Below, in pieces: positions 53,203 through 56,402 of a DNA stretch of 56,402 bases. This DNA comes from Sphacelaria rigidula (Eukaryota): positions 1 to 56,402 of the forward strand of contig CAXNAA020000004.1 of assembly GCA_964200075.2 (NCBI GenBank). The letters run 5' to 3'. Both the position numbers and the translations under genes were made by a program. Numbering within the stretch: position 1 is the stretch's first letter; every line of letters starts with the position of its first letter. Below the pieces are notes generated by a model. The model had not been told where the DNA came from and ran no database searches. It was given only the letters and a program-made list of their open reading frames with translations.

Positions 53203-54351
53203 CTACCTTTTTAACCAACCACGCATGCGCCCGACCTTGGTGATGAGGAGCTGGCGGTCCGGGTCGTTCACGTAGTCCGTGTACGAGGTGTACCGGGATT
53301 CGTCCAGAGACTTTACCATCTGAGACTTGGCGTGCGCAGACAAGATTGGGAATGCCCTCGAGGCTCTCGATTCGATCCCGCAAACATTGGACCCCTTCTT
53401 AATATAAAAGTATCCCTCGCTTGCTGGAGATTTGGATGGCCAGTCGGACCAAGAGTTTCGGATAACCCAGTACCCTCCTGGGGGGTCGAATCCAGGCTCG
53501 ACTCCATTGATGCCTTCGTCACAGTATCCAACGCAGACGACAGAGTGTCCTCCGACGAATTTCGATCCTTTGTGCCCAGTGTACACCGACAAACCGTCGT
53601 AATTGTACAGGTTTTGATACACCATGATCGTGCACACGAAAGGCCCGTTCACCAGCAACTCCTTCTTCATGTTCTTGATGTTGAGTTTGATAATTTCGTT
53701 GTACCTCGTGGACCCCTCCTTGTATTTGTAGGGATCGATACACAAGGAACGAACGCTTCCAGGCTCCACGTACAGTCTCTCGCCGTTCAGCCTGGATTTG
53801 TCACAAGGCTTGATCTTGTTCGTGGAAGCCTGCCTGTAAGGATAGTCCTTGTCCAACCCGACCCCGTTCTTGATTATGTAGTGGTACGCCAGCTCCGGAA
53901 TCCCTCCCTCGGAACATGCTTTGCCGTCGTGACCGTCCCAGCAACTGATCATCTCCTGGACACTCAAAATTTTCTTAACCTTTCCCCCGGTGTAAACCGA
54001 GACTCTGTCCGCCAACATCTGAACCACCGATATGCTCCAACAAGACGCACATTTGCCCTGATCGACGACGGGCGTTAGCAGCTTTTCCTTGTACTTTAGG
54101 TACGAGGGGAGGTAGCCGTCGAGGTCCGGCAGTTGGACCCAGGGAACACCGATGACAGCCTTGTGATCGACCTTGGCGAGAGCAACAAACTCTTCGTACG
54201 TCTTCCTTTTCTTCTTGGGCTTCCCAAGGGTATTGTGCTCCACAGCAGGGGCTTGGTTGAGCTTTTCGTCAAGAACATAAACGACTCCCACAACCGTGAC
54301 GATTAAGAAGAAGGCGTTGAAGTATGCTATGTGCGCGGTCTTCTTCTCCAT
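53203..54351 (-). CDS. Papain-family (C1A) cysteine protease with N-terminal TM/signal
   Basis: DQGKCASCW, GGHSVVCVGY and YWVIRNSW catalytic Cys/His/Asn motifs. Confidence 0.95.
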   Translation of the reverse strand: MEKKTAHIAYFNAFFLIVTVVGVVYVLDEKLNQAPAVEHNTLGKPKKKRKTYEEFVALAKVDHKAVIGVPWVQLPDLDGYLPSYLKYKEKLLTPVVDQGKCASCWSISVVQMLADRVSVYTGGKVKKILSVQEMISCWDGHDGKACSEGGIPELAYHYIIKNGVGLDKDYPYRQASTNKIKPCDKSRLNGERLYVEPGSVRSLCIDPYKYKEGSTRYNEIIKLNIKNMKKELLVNGPFVCTIMVYQNLYNYDGLSVYTGHKGSKFVGGHSVVCVGYCDEGINGVEPGFDPPGGYWVIRNSWSDWPSKSPASEGYFYIKKGSNVCGIESRASRAFPILSAHAKSQMVKSLDESRYTSYTDYVNDPDRQLLITKVGRMRGWLKR

Positions 54352-54470
54352 GGCTTTGAATATTTTTAATATATAGTTTCATTTAAAATTCCAACATCAT
54401 GTTAAAACGCTATTCGAATATTCGAATGTATCATGACTGAATAATGTACGCTAGGGTTAAACACCCAAAA

Positions 54471-55220
54471 ATGGATGAAATTTCCAAAATTCCGGAGAGC
54501 AGACTAAAAAGCGCCGGCGCAGTACTTCTCACTATAATTGTCGTGTATGCGAACCTCACCACCTTGGAGTGGCTCGTCCACAAGTACGTCATGCACGGAT
54601 ACGACAGGGTAAACTTCCCCTTCGTTGGGAGACTCATAGAGTTTGAATCGTCGCAGCCCTGGGCCCACCACCACGAAGTCAACAGCGACATGAGCCTCGA
54701 TATCGAAGAAAAAGAAGACAAACGCCAAGGCCTATTCTTCAAATACAAAGCCACGGTACTCTTCACGGTCGTCTTGTACGTCATACTAACGCTGCAATTC
54801 CGCGCCCTCAAACTCCCAGTGGGGCCCAGAGTCGTGGCCGGAATCTCCCTGTTCTCCACCATCACCTACAGCTTCCTATGGAACAACTTCCACGCCCTCC
54901 TACACGGAGCCGACGACATCATCCCCGCTACCGAGGGGGTGAGCAACAAATACCAAAACACCATCGTCAACTGGGTCCCCAAGGTTTGGTTCGAATGGAT
55001 GATGTACAACCACGCACAACACCACGCCGTCAAGGGACCCTCAAAGGGGAACTACAACATCATTCTCCCCGGCTTTGACTACGTCATCGGGACATACAAC
55101 AACCCTCCCTGCTTCGACAACACAGAATTCTGCAAAGACTCCGACCTAGGTGCATGTGACAGGCCGAAGGGATGCTTCACCGTGGAAGGCACCAAGCTCA
55201 ACGTGGCCTTCTCTGAGTAA
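54471..55220 (+). CDS. Fatty-acid hydroxylase / sterol desaturase-like membrane di-iron protein
   Basis: His boxes HKYVMH, AHHH, HALLH and HAQHH, followed by GNYNI; several TMs. Confidence 0.72.
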   Translation: MDEISKIPESRLKSAGAVLLTIIVVYANLTTLEWLVHKYVMHGYDRVNFPFVGRLIEFESSQPWAHHHEVNSDMSLDIEEKEDKRQGLFFKYKATVLFTVVLYVILTLQFRALKLPVGPRVVAGISLFSTITYSFLWNNFHALLHGADDIIPATEGVSNKYQNTIVNWVPKVWFEWMMYNHAQHHAVKGPSKGNYNIILPGFDYVIGTYNNPPCFDNTEFCKDSDLGACDRPKGCFTVEGTKLNVAFSE

Positions 55221-55234
55221 GGTTGAGGATTCTT

Positions 55235-55537
55235 TTATTTTGTCATGTCACCACCGAGAGTCTCGAGTACCGCGCGTCTCCGCTCGAGCTTTGTCTTGGC
55301 AAATTTGAAAGTTGTGAGGTCCTTCCTGCAAGCGAACAAGATGCAGTCAGCGTCGACTTCTCCCGCCTTAATCTTGGCGACCTTCATGGCCTCATCGATG
55401 ACTTTGTCCAAGTGCTGGTACAGCAATCCGCACATAAATTCAACGGTTTCCTCGAGTGGAACTTCAACGTCTCCGTAGGCGTGCATGAGGGACGCCACAG
55501 ATTCTTTCAAGCCTGGAGGGTAGAGTTGCTTTTCCAT
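55235..55537 (-). CDS. TAF13: TAF13/Spt3-like histone-fold protein (TFIID 18-kDa family)
   Basis: LMHAYGD...PLEETVEFM...A.K....VDADCILFACRKD matches the TAF13 pattern MMYGFGD..P..E.V...ED.xF.xRKD. Confidence 0.78.
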   Translation of the reverse strand: MEKQLYPPGLKESVASLMHAYGDVEVPLEETVEFMCGLLYQHLDKVIDEAMKVAKIKAGEVDADCILFACRKDLTTFKFAKTKLERRRAVLETLGGDMTK

Positions 55538-55779
55538 CTTTTTCTGTTGAACTGACCAAGTGTGGCCAAAGTGCTTGAAAGGGCGTCCGCAAAAATAGCT
55601 CCTATTCACGGATCCACCTTAGTACCACCACATTTACGAACAGAGAGCCTCGCCTAGGCGAATCTTCATGAACGACTTGCAAACGTGCACAAACAAATCA
55701 AGAGCGTGCGAAACAAGGTCATCGGAAACGACATGCGTGACATGTTCAACGAATGTACTAAAATAGGTCCAAAACGACC

Positions 55780-56402
55780 ACTTCTTTGTCATGACGCAAA
55801 CCACATACTACGTGCGCAACCATTTTCACGAGTGTATACTTCAACACATGCGTGACATCACAGCCAATTCTTCGTCATGTGGTGCAATTCAATAGATAGA
55901 TATATCAAACCTTTGTCATGCAACACATGCCTGACATCACTACCAATTATTCGTCATGTGGTGCAAGTCAATAGATTGTGATACCAAACCTGTGACATCT
56001 CTGCCAGTTCTTCGACATGTGGTGCAAGTCAATAGATTGGAATACCAAACCTTTGTCATGCAACACATGTGTGACATCTCTGCCAATTGTTCGTCATGTG
56101 GTGCAAGTCAATAGATTGGAATACCAAACCTTTGTCATGCAACAAAATTATTCGTCATGTATGTGGTGCAAGTCAATAGATAGGTATTCAAAACCTTTGT
56201 CATGCAACACATGTGTGACATCTCTGCCAATTATTCGTCATGTGGTGCAAGTCAATAAGTAGGTATTCCAAAATCTTTGTCATGCAACACATGTGTGACA
56301 TCTCTGCCAATTATTCGTCATGAGGTGCAAGTCAATAAGTAGGTATTCTAAACCTTTGTCATGCAACACATGTGTGACATCACTTCCAATTATTCGTCAT
56401 GT
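55780..56402. repeat. 79-bp tandem array, at least 7 copies, running off the window end (array 3)
   Basis: Unit catgtggtgcaagtcaatagattggaataccaaacctttgtcatgcaacacatgtgtgacatctctgccaattrttcgt, e.g. at 56016 and 56095. Confidence 0.95.

Noticed and set aside
56017-56262. 81-aa ORF in array 3, and ORFs over 43460-43880
   Set aside because: They translate repeat sequence (79-bp unit in array 3, out of frame between copies).
1-56402. tRNA, rRNA, transposase or integrase genes, and host-virus junctions
   Set aside because: None recognisable by eye. tRNAscan-SE and Infernal would be needed to exclude small RNAs formally.

Overview
The window is a gene-dense segment of a nucleocytoplasmic large DNA virus (Nucleocytoviricota) genome. 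Gene content most resembles brown-algal phaeoviruses (EsV-1/Feldmannia-like). It carries an A32 packaging ATPase, an AEP/PrimPol primase, both ribonucleotide reductase subunits (R2 fused to a glutaredoxin), an RFC-like ATPase, papain and OTU proteases, PD-(D/E)XK and GIY-YIG nucleases, a DVNP nucleoprotein, a TAF13-like histone-fold protein, ankyrin, RING, BTB and vWA proteins, and a four-member modular family of probable virion-surface proteins. About a dozen genes have in-frame stops, frameshifts or catalytic-residue substitutions, which points to a decaying endogenous viral element or provirus, although assembly error cannot be excluded. No host flank is visible. The ORF track misses two things. 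First, two genes have phase-consistent GT-AG spliceosomal introns: a three-exon MYB gene, and a gene whose 1.15-kb intron is almost entirely a 71-bp tandem array. Second, that array shares core motifs (TTTGGTATTCC and CATG-flanked boxes) with two other arrays at about 43.5 kb and 56 kb, defining a dispersed repeat family. All family assignments come from motif recognition by eye; no database search was run.
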